Assembly (NCBI RefSeq): GCF_036321535.1
Contig: NC_087437.1
Span: forward strand, 23,376,001 to 23,440,000
DNA: 64,000 bases
Direction: 5' to 3'
Origin: Camelus dromedarius
Lineage: Eukaryota
In this document: one piece after another, positions 25,626 through 39,939 of the stretch
Position numbering within the stretch: position 1 is the first letter of the stretch
Layout of the letters: each line of letters begins with the position of its first letter
Program-made: the position numbers and the translations under genes
The notes under the pieces: model-generated
Databases searched by the model: none
Seen by the model: only the letters and a program-made list of their open reading frames with translations
Told to the model about the DNA's origin: nothing

Positions 25626-28397
25626 GTGTCTCAAATGTGTTCTAAAAATCTGTCTAATGTTTGTTCTGTGCGTAGACACATTAAAATAATATTAAAAAGC
25701 TTTATCTTCAGATGCATAAAAGAACTCACCTGATTTAAAATTTGAACTAAAGAAAAAATAGCTTTAGTGCTAAAAACCGATCATGTTTAAGTAGCAAATC
25801 TTTACCTTTGGGGTTTATTTGTACAATTTTAACTTATTTTTGTAGATCGAAACTTGAATATAAAATAGGGATATATCATATCATATCTAGGATATATTAT
25901 TTATTGTTAGAAACATCAAGTGATACTGTTGGTTTAGATGGGATTTCAAAACTTATTTTTAAATCTTTATGCTTTGTTCACATTTGTGTTTGAAGAAATA
26001 TCATATTTTTACTTCTGGGTCTCAGTAAACTAAAATTCCATTTTAATCTTGTTTTCCAAGAAGTTGAAATGTCCATAATCTTTTAGTTAAAATGTTGCGA
26101 GGAACTTTTCTATATTAGCCCTTAACAATACACTATACTTATTAGAAATGCAACTATGAAAATCTGTCATACTTCAACTAAGTTAGAAAAATACTGTGAA
26201 TTTCTTAATCCTTCAGTTGTGACAACAGGAGTTGATATTGTAATTCTCATACATATGCTAGGTTTTATAATTTGTTAAAACATGTATTTATCTATACTAG
26301 GATAACCTATTAAAGAGCTACACATTTAAAAGAGAAATGTATTAGAAAATGCCAAAAGAAATTGCATGAGAATAAACTGTATAATAAATCATCTCAAGAA
26401 TAAAGAGACTTTCCAGTGCTCAGAGGTTTTCTATGTGGAATATTTAAAATTCATCTTGCATTTGCTAAATAGCTATGCTAAGTATCACAAATAAAATGTT
26501 TATGAGAGTAACAAAGGGAACTAATAAGTAATTATAGTTAGCTGCTCATAATGGAAAATGACTATTTACTGTTGAAATGAATTGAGTAGGATTCATCAGA
26601 TTATTAACATAGAATGGCATAACCTATTTCTGACACAGTATAGTGAATTACTGCTTAAATAATAGTTTCAGTTTCTTCAAAATCATGATTTGAGAAATTA
26701 AGTAATTTTTTGGATGAAAATTGTTTCTCTACAATCAGATACTATTAGGGAAGAAGAACTTTATAAAAAGTTATTAAAGATTATTTTAAGTAAAATTAAC
26801 TATATTTCTCATTCCTTACCAACTCGTTTTCAAAAAAGACAAGCAAATACTAAATTTCAAGATTACTTGATGAGACCTTTTTAATGAAACTATCGATGAT
26901 GGGATTTTTCTTTACCTTCAAGAATCCCCCCCAATAATTTTATGTAAACTTTTTGAGGGTACATACATACAGACATGCACATACAGTCAATTACTGCAAT
27001 TATAATAAATGAATGTTCAAATAAATCACTTCTGCAACTGAAGAAAACAATATAATTAAGACATTCCGTATTTCAAATCAGATTCAGAAACCAGATCGAA
27101 GATAAAAGAATTGTTATTGCTGGAAGGAACATACAAGTTCAACTAGACCCAGTGTTTAAACTGAGGAAATTAAGTCCCTGAAAACGTTCTTTTTAAAATG
27201 ACGCATGAGCTTTGAATTGCCAAATTCAGTGACCTGTTTTACCTTCCCCCTGCTTGGTCTTTTAGCTGACTCTGACCTTCTTTGAGGTTCTCACATTTGT
27301 CTTGTGCTGACTGCTTTTTCTTAGTTCCTCTTCTTAATCTTTCTCTCTGTCTTCTCTTTTCCTGTCAGTACTTCATATGCTGTATGTTCCAAAGTCCTGC
27401 TTTATGCGCCTCTCCTTTTACATTCATAAAGTGTCCAATATGCCTTTAGGATTCAGTTGTCTTCCAAACAGATATAGTTCTTTCAGCCCCCATGTTTGTG
27501 GCAGTCGTTTCACATAGCTCACTTTTTCAAGATGTACTCCTTTTGCTTCACTTCCCAAGCCGCAAACCCTAACTCACTGAATTATTTTTCCTTCTCCATA
27601 GTTTTGTGTATTTCATCCTTAGAGAACTGCTTCCTTGTCCTGGAACTCCCTTCACTCTTTACTAAGTAGAATCTCCCTTCTTATAAGTTATACAAGGGGT
27701 TCAAAGGAGGGAACCAAAGTAACCCTGCCTAGGGAGATACAGGTCACCTTTCTGATGAATTCCTTGACTCCTTCTGGTATTTCCAAAAGTAGCACGCTCA
27801 TTTAATGAGCAATGTCTTAATCAACTTCCATCATGTGTCTAGCCAGTTTTAGAGGTATTTTAAATTAAACTTAATTTTCATTGGTATAGAATTTACCATT
27901 TAACATTTTTTTTTAAAAATCCTTAATTTTCTATGGAATTCATTTAAATTATGATTTTTCATTTTCTTTTATAAGCAATGGCTATTATTTATTTTCCTTT
28001 GTTTAGATCTCATAAATAGTATTTGAATCAACATAAACACTAAATGACTAAATAATTGATTATTTAAACAAGCACACCTGACAGGATTAATCATAAAATA
28101 TATTTTCATCTCCACTGAACTTTTAAATGCATTCAATGAGGGAACTTTTCTCTACCCCTTCAAATTCTGATTGGGATTGTGTTGAATCTATAAATCAGAT
28201 TGGGTAGAACTGGCCTCCTGATTATACTGAACCTCCCATTCTATGCACACAAGGTCTTTCTCCATTGATTTAGATATTCTTTATTCTCTTCCTCAAAGTT
28301 CCATCATTTTTTAGCACACATATTCTACAGGTAAGCTGTTGAAGTTCTACCTCAGCATTTCTTTTACTTTTACTTCTCTGCTTTTCTCCCTTCCCTC

Positions 28398-28812
28398 TGT
28401 GTTAGTTTGTTAGGGCTGCCATTTAAAAAAATACCACAGACTAGGTGGCTTAACTAACAGAAATTTATTCATTCATGATTCTGGAAGCTAGAAATCCAAG
28501 ATCAAAGTATCAGCAGGTTTGATTTCTTCTGAGGCATTTCTCCTTGGCTTGCAGATGGATGGCTTATATTGTCACATGCTTTTTTCTCTGTGAGCCTGCA
28601 TCCCTGGTGTCTATCTTTGTATCCTCATCTTCTTTTTTTTTTTTTCATAAGGCCATCAGTTAGATTGGATTAGAGCTTATCCTAAGGACCTCATTTTAAC
28701 TTATTAAATTATTTTATTAAAAGACTCCATCTCCAAGTATAGTCACATTCTGAGATACTGAGAGTTAGGGCTCCAACATACAGATTTTGGGAGTGACACA
28801 GTCCAACCCGGA
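28398..28812 (-). mobile_element. MLT1 (ERVL-MaLR) solo LTR
   Basis: TGTGTTAGTTTGTTAGGGCTGCC...TACCACAGACTAGGTGGCTTAA...GGAGTGACACAGTCCAACC. Confidence 0.88.
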
Positions 28813-29779
28813 TAATTTCCTTCCCGCCTGCCTACCTGTCTGCCTTCCTTTCTTTTTTCCTTTGGTCATATTGAAAATGGTATTTTTCTTAAAAAAAAAA
28901 AAGATTTTAAATTCCAATTTGTCATAGATAGTATATAGAAATACCATTTAATTCTTTGTGACACTTTGCATACCAAATGGCATATTGCCTACCTTTTCCA
29001 TTAGTGTCTTGAACATATTAACCATAATTATTTGAAATTTCCTATCAGATTCTTTGACGTCTGTGTCATATCTGAGTCTCATACTTCTGATCATTTTGTC
29101 TCTTCAGACTCTTGCTTGTTTTTGTTATGCCTCAGAATTTTTTGAGGAAAGGCAGACATTTTATGTGGGGCAGCAGAGACTGAAAATTGTTTCTATGTCT
29201 GGGCATGTGTATCCTTTTCCTTCTGCTAGACCTTTAGAACAGGGCTTCATTTACTACACTTGGGAGTTGGGCTACGTTTGATATTGTTGTTGCTATGGTT
29301 ACCCTCACTGCACATCAGATTTCAAATCTCTGTAGAGATAGTTTGTATTTAGGGTGGAGGATGGTTTCCCAAAGAGATGCCTGATTCTGAGACTTGGATC
29401 TTCTGCTTGTGCTGTGCATTAAAGAGTCTCTGCACAAGTTCTTGTTCCTCCCCTGCCACTCTTTCAGCAGTAATCTGCTCTTACTTGTTATCTGTAGGCT
29501 GTTAGCTTGTGGTGGGGGTATGCTCACTGCTTTCCTGGCCAAGCCTCAAACATGGGCATGCACTGTGTCACTGGGTCTCAGCAGTGTGACATTCAGTTCT
29601 TTTGTCCCTTTCTCAGCTGTGGTTGTGGGGTCCGTATATAATATTTTCTCCCAGCCAAGAGTAGGATTCTTCCCCTGTTTCTTTTCCCACATGTAATGAA
29701 TTTTCACTAGTGCTCTAAGGACTGTAATTCTTGCCTTTCCCACCGATAAAGGCTTGTGTTCTATAGCGTAGGTAGAGAA

Positions 29780-30275
29780 TGTTGTGGACCGAATTTTGTC
29801 CCTCAGGAAACACGCTGGGGTCCTAACTCCCAGAATGCGATGTCTCAGAATGCGATGTTGTTTGGAGACAGGATTTTTCTGAGATAAAAAGGTTAAAATG
29901 AGGTTATCAGAGTGTGCCCTAATTCAGTATGAATCGTCCTTTTAAAATGGAAACACTTTAGACACAAAACTCAAGATGCACAAACGGAGAGCCCCGTGTG
30001 AACATGAAGGCAGAGATCGAGGTGACGTACCTACAGGCCAAGGAAAGCCAGAGCTGCCAGCAAACCACTAGAAGCTAAGAGAGGGGCATGAAAGATACTC
30101 TCCCTTACAGTCAGCCGAAGGAACCAACTGATACTTAGATCTCAGACTTCTAGCCTCCAGAACTGTGAGGGGGAAAAAAAACCCAAAACAAAAACAAACA
30201 AAACCCCACAACTTCTCTTCTTTAAGCCATCCAGTTTGTGGTGCTTTGCTATGACGGCCCTAGCAAACTAAGACC
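29780..30275 (+). mobile_element. MLT1B/C-like solo LTR
   Basis: TGTTGTGGACCGAATTTTGTCCC...CTTCTAGCCTCCAGAACTGTGAG...GCCCTAGCAAACTAAGAC. Confidence 0.88.
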
Positions 30276-32589
30276 GAGGAAACCAGTCTTGTGGGATTGT
30301 TTGCTGTCTCAAGTAGCTGTTCTCTTCCCTTAGCCGTGTCTCACGTCTTGGGTCTATTCCCAATCTTTTCTGTGCACACCTGGTGCCATTAAAGGAATAG
30401 CACCTGCAAAATGGTGTAGACATCTCAGTTTCTTGCCTCCTAAAGGTTTCACTTTGTTCCACAGTCTGTACTCAGTCTTTACCAATTTGTCAACTATTTT
30501 AGCCAAACTCTATACCGGTGTCCAGTTCCATCAACCCCAGAGAGTGATAGTTGTGTCTTTGTGTGTCCTTCCCAGCATGCATTGTCTCCCCTGAGATTTG
30601 GTGCAAGTTGGTTGTTCTGTGACCTCAGGAATTTGAAGGGCTCAAAACAAGTTATACGTTTAAAATTAACTCAGCTCTTTTTCACTATAAGGTGTGAAGC
30701 AGCGCTCCTTCTATCTCCCCATATTTTTAGGCAGAAGCTAGACATGCCATCTTTTCTGTACTGATGATAAATCCTACATCCACTGGAAATTGGAGGGTTA
30801 TTTTTGGCTGCCTATTTTTATTTGTTTTATTTTGTTTTGTCTTGCATCATGTTGTGATGTAACATTTATCGTGCTCTATGTGAAATAATCATTAATCTTT
30901 AATTCCAAGTTAAGAAAATTCAAATCATCAATATTTATTTATTCTTTTATCTCACATCTTCTTCTTCAGATTCAATTGTCTTTATTTTCTTGCTTTGCTA
31001 CAATACACCCTCAAATACATTTTCCCCCCAAAAATGTCTGGGAATTGAATTTTCCGAGTTCTTGAACTTTTAAGACAGTAATCATTTACTTTTAAATTTA
31101 ATTGATACTTTGTCAGAGTAAATAATTTTACATGCAAAACAAGCACTCAGAACTTTATATACTGTTTACCTGTAACATGTATACTTGAAGATAACAAAGT
31201 CTGATATTTCTGGTTGTCCTTTAAAAAAAGTCTCATGACTATTTTTCGCTTCTTTGGAATTTTCAATTTGCAATCCCTAAACACTGAGAAAATTTGAATC
31301 AATATTATCCGATTATCTATAAATATTGTCAGAAAGAGGGTAAAATCATTATTTGCCTATGGGCTCATTTACAAGTTGCCAAAATTTAAAGACTATTTCT
31401 ACTTATTTTATCTAGCAGAGAATTCCCCTCTCCCCTTTTTAGAACTTCTGCAGCATTCAGCATTTATCAAAGCAATATTTTATTAAAGCAATATTACATA
31501 TTAGCATGTGTTACATTTTCACTCTTCTGTAGAGCTATTTTTAAGGTAGACCTAAGTTTTATTTTATTTTATTTTTTTTTGTGGCAAGAATTTTAAGAAT
31601 TTCATGTTATTTCAGTGAAGTTTCATTTTTTAAAGGCCAATTTTAAGGCATTTTCAAAAAGAGTATTCCACACTATACACATTCACATATACCAGTAGGT
31701 TCTCAATAACCAGATTTCTAACTTCAATTTCTAACATTAACACCAGACATGGGAAAAATTCTCCTTTTGTTCTGTGTTACTTAAGTAGATTTTTAATTTC
31801 TTACAATGTGTCTGTTATTTGGCATATAATACAACTATTAATATAAGAAAACACAATAATGTAGGATTTTGACTAGTATTTGGATTTGGAAGTAGTAATT
31901 GCCCATATTTTCAACTTATTAGTGATCAAGTATCATTAAAACTTCCCTGTAATAGACCATACAGCCCTCAATTCCATTGCATTCTATGGACTGAATACAT
32001 ACCTCTGGTTCATATACTACAGGGACAGTTTGAAACTTTAATGGTGCTGAGATACTTCATAGATTTCAATTTTCACATTAGATTTTTTTAGGAGGAAATA
32101 TAACCTGACCTTCTTGTAATCAGCTCTTGTTTGCTGGGATTTGCGGTTTTAGCAATTTTATTTACTATGGACTTGTGTCCCCTAGTGAATTCTCCTTATT
32201 CCTCTTGTCAGCTCTTTTAAGTCAATATATGAATAGAAAACAGGAAAATATTCCATCTTAGATAAATATTTTAATTGAAAATTGGAAGAAGAAACATATT
32301 AATGATAAAATATTTATACAGCATTAATCTTAAAGATGTAAATGTTGGTTACAGGAACTAAAAATAGTCACAGAAAAAAAAAACAGCACTGTTGGGTGGT
32401 TGACAAGGAGAGAGTCGAGTGGTTAGCAATATGGCTGCACTGCCCTTTGATCTAACAAAAAATGTGCAATCGTTTAGCTTCTGAGGTCAGAATGCAAACT
32501 TCACAATGATTTAAAGTCAAATCATTTTGGCTGAGTATGAATTTATTCTAGAGTATGATTTATTCTTGGCCTTACCTCTATATAATCAA

Positions 32590-32840
32590 AGTGTTTATTC
32601 TTTGAGCATCTATTTTTGCTATACATTCTGCTAGAAATTTTATGTATATTATCCCATTTAATTTTTACAGCCATTAAAGGAAGGCATTGTTATCCCTACT
32701 TTTTAGCTGAGGAAATGGGTGCTCAGGGACATTGAGATAATTTACCCACTTTCTTCATAGATTGTACTTGTTGGAATCAATTATGTAAACCTATGACTTT
32801 CAGCCAGAAAAATCTGAGCTCTTTTTTACTCCTTCATGCT
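32590..32840 (-). mobile_element. MIR SINE
   Basis: TTTTAGCTGAGGAAATGGGTGCTCAGGGA core. Confidence 0.6.
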
Positions 32841-32975
32841 ATATTTCTGCCATTCTTATCTCCTTCTGTTATAAACTTTATGAGGCAATTCTTATTCTGA
32901 AAGAAAAATGGATTACTTCTACACTCATTTAAAATATTTTATTAAACATGAGGGACTATTTTCATTACCTAGACC

Positions 32976-33190
32976 AGGGTTTCTCAACCTCTATCTTGTT
33001 GACTTTCTGAGCTGGATAATTCTTTTGGGGGGAGGGCTCTCCTGTGTATTTTGTATATTTTAGGATGTTTAGCATTATTGCTGTCCTCTACTCACTAAGT
33101 GCCAGCAGCACTCCATGGTTGTGATAACCAAAAATGCCTCCAATAATTTCCAAATTCCCCAGGGATAAACCTCCTGGGTGGAGAACCATT
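32976..33190. mobile_element. MER20 hAT DNA transposon
   Basis: CAGGGTTTCTCAACCTC...GGATAATTCTTTT...GTTGTGATAACCAAAAATG...GAGAACCA. Confidence 0.85.
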
Positions 33191-35389
33191 CACTGACAAA
33201 GACGGAAAGCTAAAGTTTATAGACCTATTTGCTGAGATCAGGTTCCTTTCTTTTATATAAAATACTTTTTAAACATTTTTAAATGTATAGTCAGAATACG
33301 CCATGTTCTGAAGGCAATTTGAAGAGATGATAAAAGTGGGGGAAATAAGGGAAATGTGATTGCTGAGGACTTTGTGTTAGATTTGTCACAATTTTACTTA
33401 AATAAATCTCTTATAATTAAACAATTCCATGAATATGAGTTAAATCATTAATATTTTACAAGTAATATGTTAAATACATAGCACAATCAGATAGTGAGGG
33501 ACTTGTGATTCAAATCACAAAAAAATGCGCTAATAGTGTCACATTCTTAGTGATTTTGAATCTCTTCATAAATAAATATATGGAGAAATATGTTTGAATA
33601 TACTTATCCCACCTACTGCGCTGTTGAACAACTTCCTTTCAAGAACTAGCTAATTCCACCCGATGGTCCTCTTGTCACTTTGATTCCTTTAGTATTTATT
33701 TATATTGCGTATTTCACCTGCCAAAAATTTTGCTTCTCGTTGGCTTGCAGTAATTTCTTTTACATGAAAATGTATTTCTTGTGTCTATTCTTTAAAATAA
33801 TAAATTTTCTAAGCTAAAAATCATGGCTTTCAGCACTCTTCTTAATCTTGTAATATCTCTCAAGGTGATATTTATAATGTTGGAAAAATTATTTAGATGA
33901 TATATAACAATAAAGAGAAATCATTTTTCTCAAAACACTATGTATTTCTTTAAATAGCTATCAATAAAAACACTATTAAAACACACTAGACTTAAAAAAT
34001 TGGCATATTTGATAGATGTAAAGTATAAGTAGCTGATCATTTGCTTTGTATAGCTAAGACTCATTTTTCTCTTTGAACTGAGTATAATAGAAAAACACTT
34101 TGATGAAGAAATAATGAAAATCTGTCCTTGACTAGAAGTATTTTAAAATAGCTTCACTCAGCTAGTACTGGTAAGGGAAATTCATGTTTGCTGGAGTGTC
34201 CTCATTGGGAGACAGACAAACTGCACTTCCTTACATTTAAAACAGTTGCAGTTTTTGATTTAGCTGTGATTCACCATCTGCTTCATGGAGAGCAAAATCA
34301 ACCCTGCGGCTGAGATAGGCAGTTTATGATACCAAATAGATAAATAGAAGGGAACCATCATTCTCTGTCAGAAAGTAGGGTTAGGCAAACCAATTTCCAT
34401 ACATCATATTTCCCACTAGCATTTTTATGTTTCTAGCTTCTAACTTACATTGAGGACTGACATTGAATGCATTTTTTCCTACTTATCTCTCTTGCATTGA
34501 AGAAGTCCAAAGCACACAACTGTATTTCTCTTTCACACTTGCTGAACACTGACATATGATACCCATATAGAGTGACAAGGAGGCACAAAGGAAGCATCAA
34601 TTTGTTTAGGGAAATCTTTAGATATTCTGTCTCTTCTATGAATTGAAGAAATGTTCTAGATTTTTTCATTACATTTAGAAGAATGACCCCAAATAATTGT
34701 GTTTGTTATTGTTAGTCTCATGTATGGACCAGTGCCTTACTTAGCTAAAAGCATCAAAATGACTAACGCAGTGATTGATGTCAGTTTGGAAAATCAGGAG
34801 AACAGGCAATTTCAGTGTAATTATTTGTATTTGTGACTTTTTAAATTAACTGTAATTCAGTGAACACAATGAACATTGTAACTTCATTGACAGATTATAT
34901 TATTTTGACAATTTAAAAAACTGATTCCTAAAGAATAATAACCAGCTATATTTTCTCATGTCAGGAGAACAGAGGATGTTTTAAATGGATTATTTTATTA
35001 AATCCTCCCACCAGTTCTGTGACCCTTTTTATAGATAAGGAAACTGTGGTTTGAGAGTCTAGATAACTCATCCAAGGCTGCACAGCTATTAAGTGTCATA
35101 GTTGAGAATAAAACCCATCTGCTATAGTTCGTAGATGGGATGTTTTTGATTCTTCAGCACTACCATTTTTATACTTTCCATTACCAAGAAATGGATGCTA
35201 TTTTGGTAACGTAGTTAATTACAGATAAGTTGTTCTGTGAACTGTAACCTTACTCTATTCTTTACTGATGCAAATATGCATTCTTCACTTCCCCTTTTGT
35301 TTTTTTTATTTTTTAATTTTTATTAATCACCATAATAAGGTGCATAGCTTCATAGTATTTCTATATGTTTTGCAACTAATGTAAAAAGG

Positions 35390-36130
35390 GCAGTCCCCTG
35401 TCTCGAGCATCCTCACCAGATTCCTGCTTTTCAGAGGTAAATATATTTTATATTGTTAGTTGACACTTCTGGTGTTTACATGCTTATTTCTAAGTAACAC
35501 GATTATTCTACTACCTACTTTTTAATTTTTAATTTTAAATATTATCTGTTGATTTTTCTATGGAAAAATATGAGATTTTGACTCTCCTCAGTGCTCCCCT
35601 CAAATACATATGTTTTCCTCTTAGACTCCTAATATAGTTGTGACATAATTTTTGTAACTAGTTTTTAATAAATATTCAGTGTTTGCATTGGTATAACTAT
35701 GTAAATATTGCTCACAGTTCATTCACCTGTGTTCCATAAATGAGTTTCACTTCTAGCAAGTTTTTTTTTTTTGGAGTCAATAGTTGCTAATATTTTGTTA
35801 CATATAAGTCTACCCATTATGTATAGTCCTCCAACTGTCTGACACTATTATTGTGTCTGATTGATCTCATCTGATCAAGCAGAATCCTCCATCATTTGTC
35901 AAATTGGACTTGGCCTCTTGGCCTGCAGCAGAGCACTTTCCCTGGGACTTTACCAGCACCCTAAAGAACTCTCTTCCTCTTATTTCCATGTTAGTTCTCC
36001 CATTTCCAGGGTCTCATGGAACCTTTGTTATGTTTTGTTTTTACCTTCTTATTTTGTGGAATGTATTTTACAGCATCTTTCTGAGAATGAATCAATGAAG
36101 ATTAAATGTTTGAATCACAAGGTAAACTAA
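35390..36130 (-). mobile_element. Old L1ME-like fragments
   Basis: Degenerate L1 antisense texture; subfamily uncertain. Confidence 0.45.
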
Positions 36131-36134
36131 TGTT

Positions 36135-36346
36135 TGTTTGTGTTGAAATATAACTGACATATAACATTATATTAGTTTCAAGTGTACAACAAAATGATTC
36201 AGTATTTATATGTATTGTGAAACAATCACAATAAGTCTAGTTAACATCATCTCTAAACAGTTTTTTTCATGTGATGAGAACTTTTCAGATATACTCTCTT
36301 AAGCAACTTTTAAATATGCAATACAGTATTATTAACTACAGTCACA
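36135..36346 (-). mobile_element. Laurasiatherian L1 3' terminal fragment (L1MA9-like)
   Basis: TTGAAATATAACTGACATATAACATTATATTAGTTTCAAGTGTACAAC...TTATTAACTACAGTCAC. Confidence 0.8.
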
Positions 36347-39300
36347 AAACAGATTTATGAACTGCTTCTGTGGGTTTCCTATGCCAAAACCATGCTCCTG
36401 ATAGAAACAGAGTGACTCCCTAAAGGCCTTTGTGTGGACATGTTTTAGAATCTCCTGTTTCTGAACATCTCCCTCCCCCAGCTAGAGAGGAGAGTTTCCT
36501 CTTGACTGGAGACACCACAGAAGTGTCAGTTCAGGAAGGTGTCTCATAAGGTTATGCTTTTCCTCTTCAAAGGGGGTGCCTCTCACTCCTCACTGCCTCT
36601 TAACAAATAAGAGAGAAGTTACAGCACAACCTGAGCCAGGGAAATGTAGTCTCTCCTCTAGAAATAAACAGTTTATACCCAGAAAGAATTACAGGATACA
36701 TGAAGGAATCAGGATTGATAATGTCTATTGCCTCTCCCAGCAATTCAGTGTCCATGATTTTCCAATAAATGTATCAGAGGGTTGAATCTCAGCTCTGTTT
36801 GGCTTATGTGTGTCAAATCAAACAAGATATTTACCTTCATTTTCTTAAAGAAAGAAAAGATGATAGGAGTAGTGCTTGGGAGTCAAGAAGCTCTTCTAAG
36901 CCAAGAAGGAACAGAGAAAATTCCAGGAGGAGGCTCTTTTTGTAGAGGAGGGTGAAGAAAACACAGAGGTTTTTTTTTCATCCTTTGCCTATAATCGAGG
37001 GTCATCATGCTATATGAGGATGACAGAGGTAGAAGGAGGGGAGCCATGAGAAGCGGTCGGGGTGTTCACTGATCATTTCTTGGATCCACAGCTCTTAAGC
37101 CAAAATAACTGATCAATGCTGTGAAAAGGGAAAGGCTACAGATTTTTCACGGTGTTCCTTTGTGACTGTGACCATCACATTAAGTGTGAATATTATCTGT
37201 GTATCTTTCCTCAGTTTTAAGACATTTATTACAGTAGGATATGTCAAAAAGAAGATACTGTAAGCATTTAATTAGTTTAGGGTATGATCAATATAACCAA
37301 TAATACTCATGTCAGGGCATTTTTTGAAACAACTGAGGAACAGGGAAGTGTGAGATGTGATCCCACTGCAGGTAAGTAAGGAATATATTTTATGTGTGGT
37401 AACTGACTTTTAAAATTCAAATCCCAAAACCTAAATTAAAAAAATTTAATTATGTGTAAGTCATGGGTAAAGATTATTTAAGAACATGCTTATCCTTCCC
37501 CCATAGCTCATATAAAATGCTTATATGTTGCTATAATAGACAAAATACCAATTAACTGAACTTTTTAAATTGAAATATCCCCAAAATTAATAAAAAAAGT
37601 AAAATGTGCATATTTATCTAATGACTTTACCTGCTTCACATTTATTTTTCAGGCAAAACATTAATCACTGCTAATAGTTTTCTGTAGGGATACCAATTAC
37701 AGAGTTCCTTTGTTTTTCTCAAAAGAGGATGGGAGAGTGTTCTCTAAATTCTCACTTATAGGATAGTGTGAGGTGGGGCTCTGAGTTCATTGCAATAGTT
37801 AAAGACATGATTCTTTTGCTTCAATACTAACAATGTTTGGTTTATTTAAAATCAACGTTGGTTCTTAACGTTTGTCATAGTGGAAGAGTCTTCACTAGCT
37901 GATGAATAAAATAGTTTCTTACTGAAAAGTATCTGAAAGAGTCTCTCATACATGGTTGCTTGATAACTTTCTGGTCCCATATACTCAGTCCAAAATGTTA
38001 TGTACTTTTAGTAGGTAATTAAATCATTATTCATTTTAAAGTTATTCTCAGTGACATCTATTTTCATTTTGCTTTTATATTGATGATTTCTTCTAGCCAT
38101 ACAGTGTTCTTCAAAGCCTAATTAATGGCTGTTGCACTAAACTGTATCTTTGAGTGTCTTATTGATCTTTCGAACGAAGGAGACTTAAGTGCTGTTTATG
38201 AGGAAAAGGTCTTATTAAATCATATAGAGAATTTATTTTAGACTTTCCTTTTTCTGTGACTGTTCATTTTAATAAAAACTTTATTGGATTTTCTGAAGAG
38301 AAACTCAGCAGGAGATGTTTCCTTCATTAGAAAATTTAAAGTGCTTAAGGCAGTAGAATATGTTAGCTTCTTGTTTTTAAATTCACTACCCTTTTTTTTC
38401 TTATAACTGGCTAATGGAACATTAGGCAGGAGGGAAATCACCTTACATTTTTCTATACTTGATAATCCATATTTTCATGATGATCTTTGTGCAATTTGAT
38501 CTTAGAAGTTTTACACAATGCATAATAATTTGGGGAGATAAGTAAAATATTAAATTCCTATCCCAGGGTAAAGAAAAATAATAAATACATAGACAGTAGA
38601 ACACTTTATCTAAATTGCATCCTACCTGATGATTTTCACATTTTTGCAATAGCTGTGGCACATGTGAATTCACTGTAGCTTATTAAATCTATAATCTGTT
38701 TTTGGTTTCTGGGAATTTTTGTTTTGTTTTGTTTTCCGGGTTTTTTCCCCCTAAAATTTTCATATGAGTACACTTTAATCTACATAAAAATATTCACACT
38801 GTCTGAAGCTAAGAAAAGGATTCTTATGTAAATCAATTATTTAAAATTCTGAACAGCAGCTTCAGACAAATGCAGGAGAAATGATAGGAAATTAGAACTT
38901 GGGAGGAAGATTTTCAATATGGTAATGGAATTCAAATTGTCTATTTTTCTAGAGAATATCAAAGACCCACTCACAAGCCTGTGCCCAGATTAAGTAAAAG
39001 TTACAAGACATACATTTGAACATATTTAAACTGAATTTTTAAAAATATAATTCCTACATTCATTATACTGCCTTATTATTTCACCATCAGTTTTGTGAGT
39101 GGGAGTGATAATGCAAATAATGATCAAATCCTTCTGGCATAGGCATGAGAGACAACTGACCAAACAGGATGAGCAGTGGCTGAAAACCATTGGCCTGACA
39201 CCCCAGTGCCTAGTGGATGAAACAGCAATCCTGGCTTTCACTACTGACTTTACTCATGCTTCATCATGAATTGCCATTAGGAATCTCTGGCCCCTATGAC

Positions 39301-39644
39301 TCCCTTTGAGACTTAAGCATTTTCTTTTTGTTCTATGAACCACCTCTGTCTTAGTTTTCTGGCCAAAATCTTTTCTTCTAATCTCTTTGTATTTCTCTAA
39401 CAGTTAAAAGAAAAGAAGTTAATGAAGCAGACATTGTTTTTAAAAATAAACACAGTATTTCAGTTGATCAACACACTTCAAATTTGGTTCTTCCAAAAGA
39501 CCATTATCCTACTATTATCCAAGTAGACAACACTTTTGCAAATATGGACAAAAAACAAAAGCAAGAATGCTTAAATAAGCCATATGCAAATCTGAGAACT
39601 GAACTGAATTAGAGATACAGACTAAATTAAAATTTATGAACATA

Positions 39645-39876
39645 CAGTTGACTCTTGAACAATGTGGGTTTGAACTGCATGGGTACACTTATACATCAAT
39701 TTTTTTCAATAGTAAATACTACAGTACCACAAAATCCATGATTAGTTGAATCTAGGGATGCAGAACCACAGATATGGAGGAACTGAGGATATGGAGAAAC
39801 TACCTATACAGAGGGCTGAAGATAAGTTATACTTGTATTTCCAATGGGTCCCTAACCCCAAAGTTGTTCAAGGGTC

Positions 39877-39881
<5 letters not shown>
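39645..39881. mobile_element. MER8 (TcMar-Tigger) MITE
   Basis: TIRs CAGTTGACTCTTGAACAA / TTGTTCAAGGGTCAACTG, 237 bp, TA on the left, followed by (TG)n. Confidence 0.9.
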
Positions 39882-39917
<36 letters not shown>

Positions 39918-39939
39918 CATATATATATAAAATAATAAC

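Larger units (their letters stand above)
28160..30750 (-). mobile_element. Old L1M relic (ORF2 plus 5' region) interrupted by two MLT1 LTRs
   Basis: GATTGGGATTGTGTTGAATCTATAAATCAGATTGGGTAGAACTG (L1 ORF2 antisense). L1-like sequence resumes after each LTR. Confidence 0.6.
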
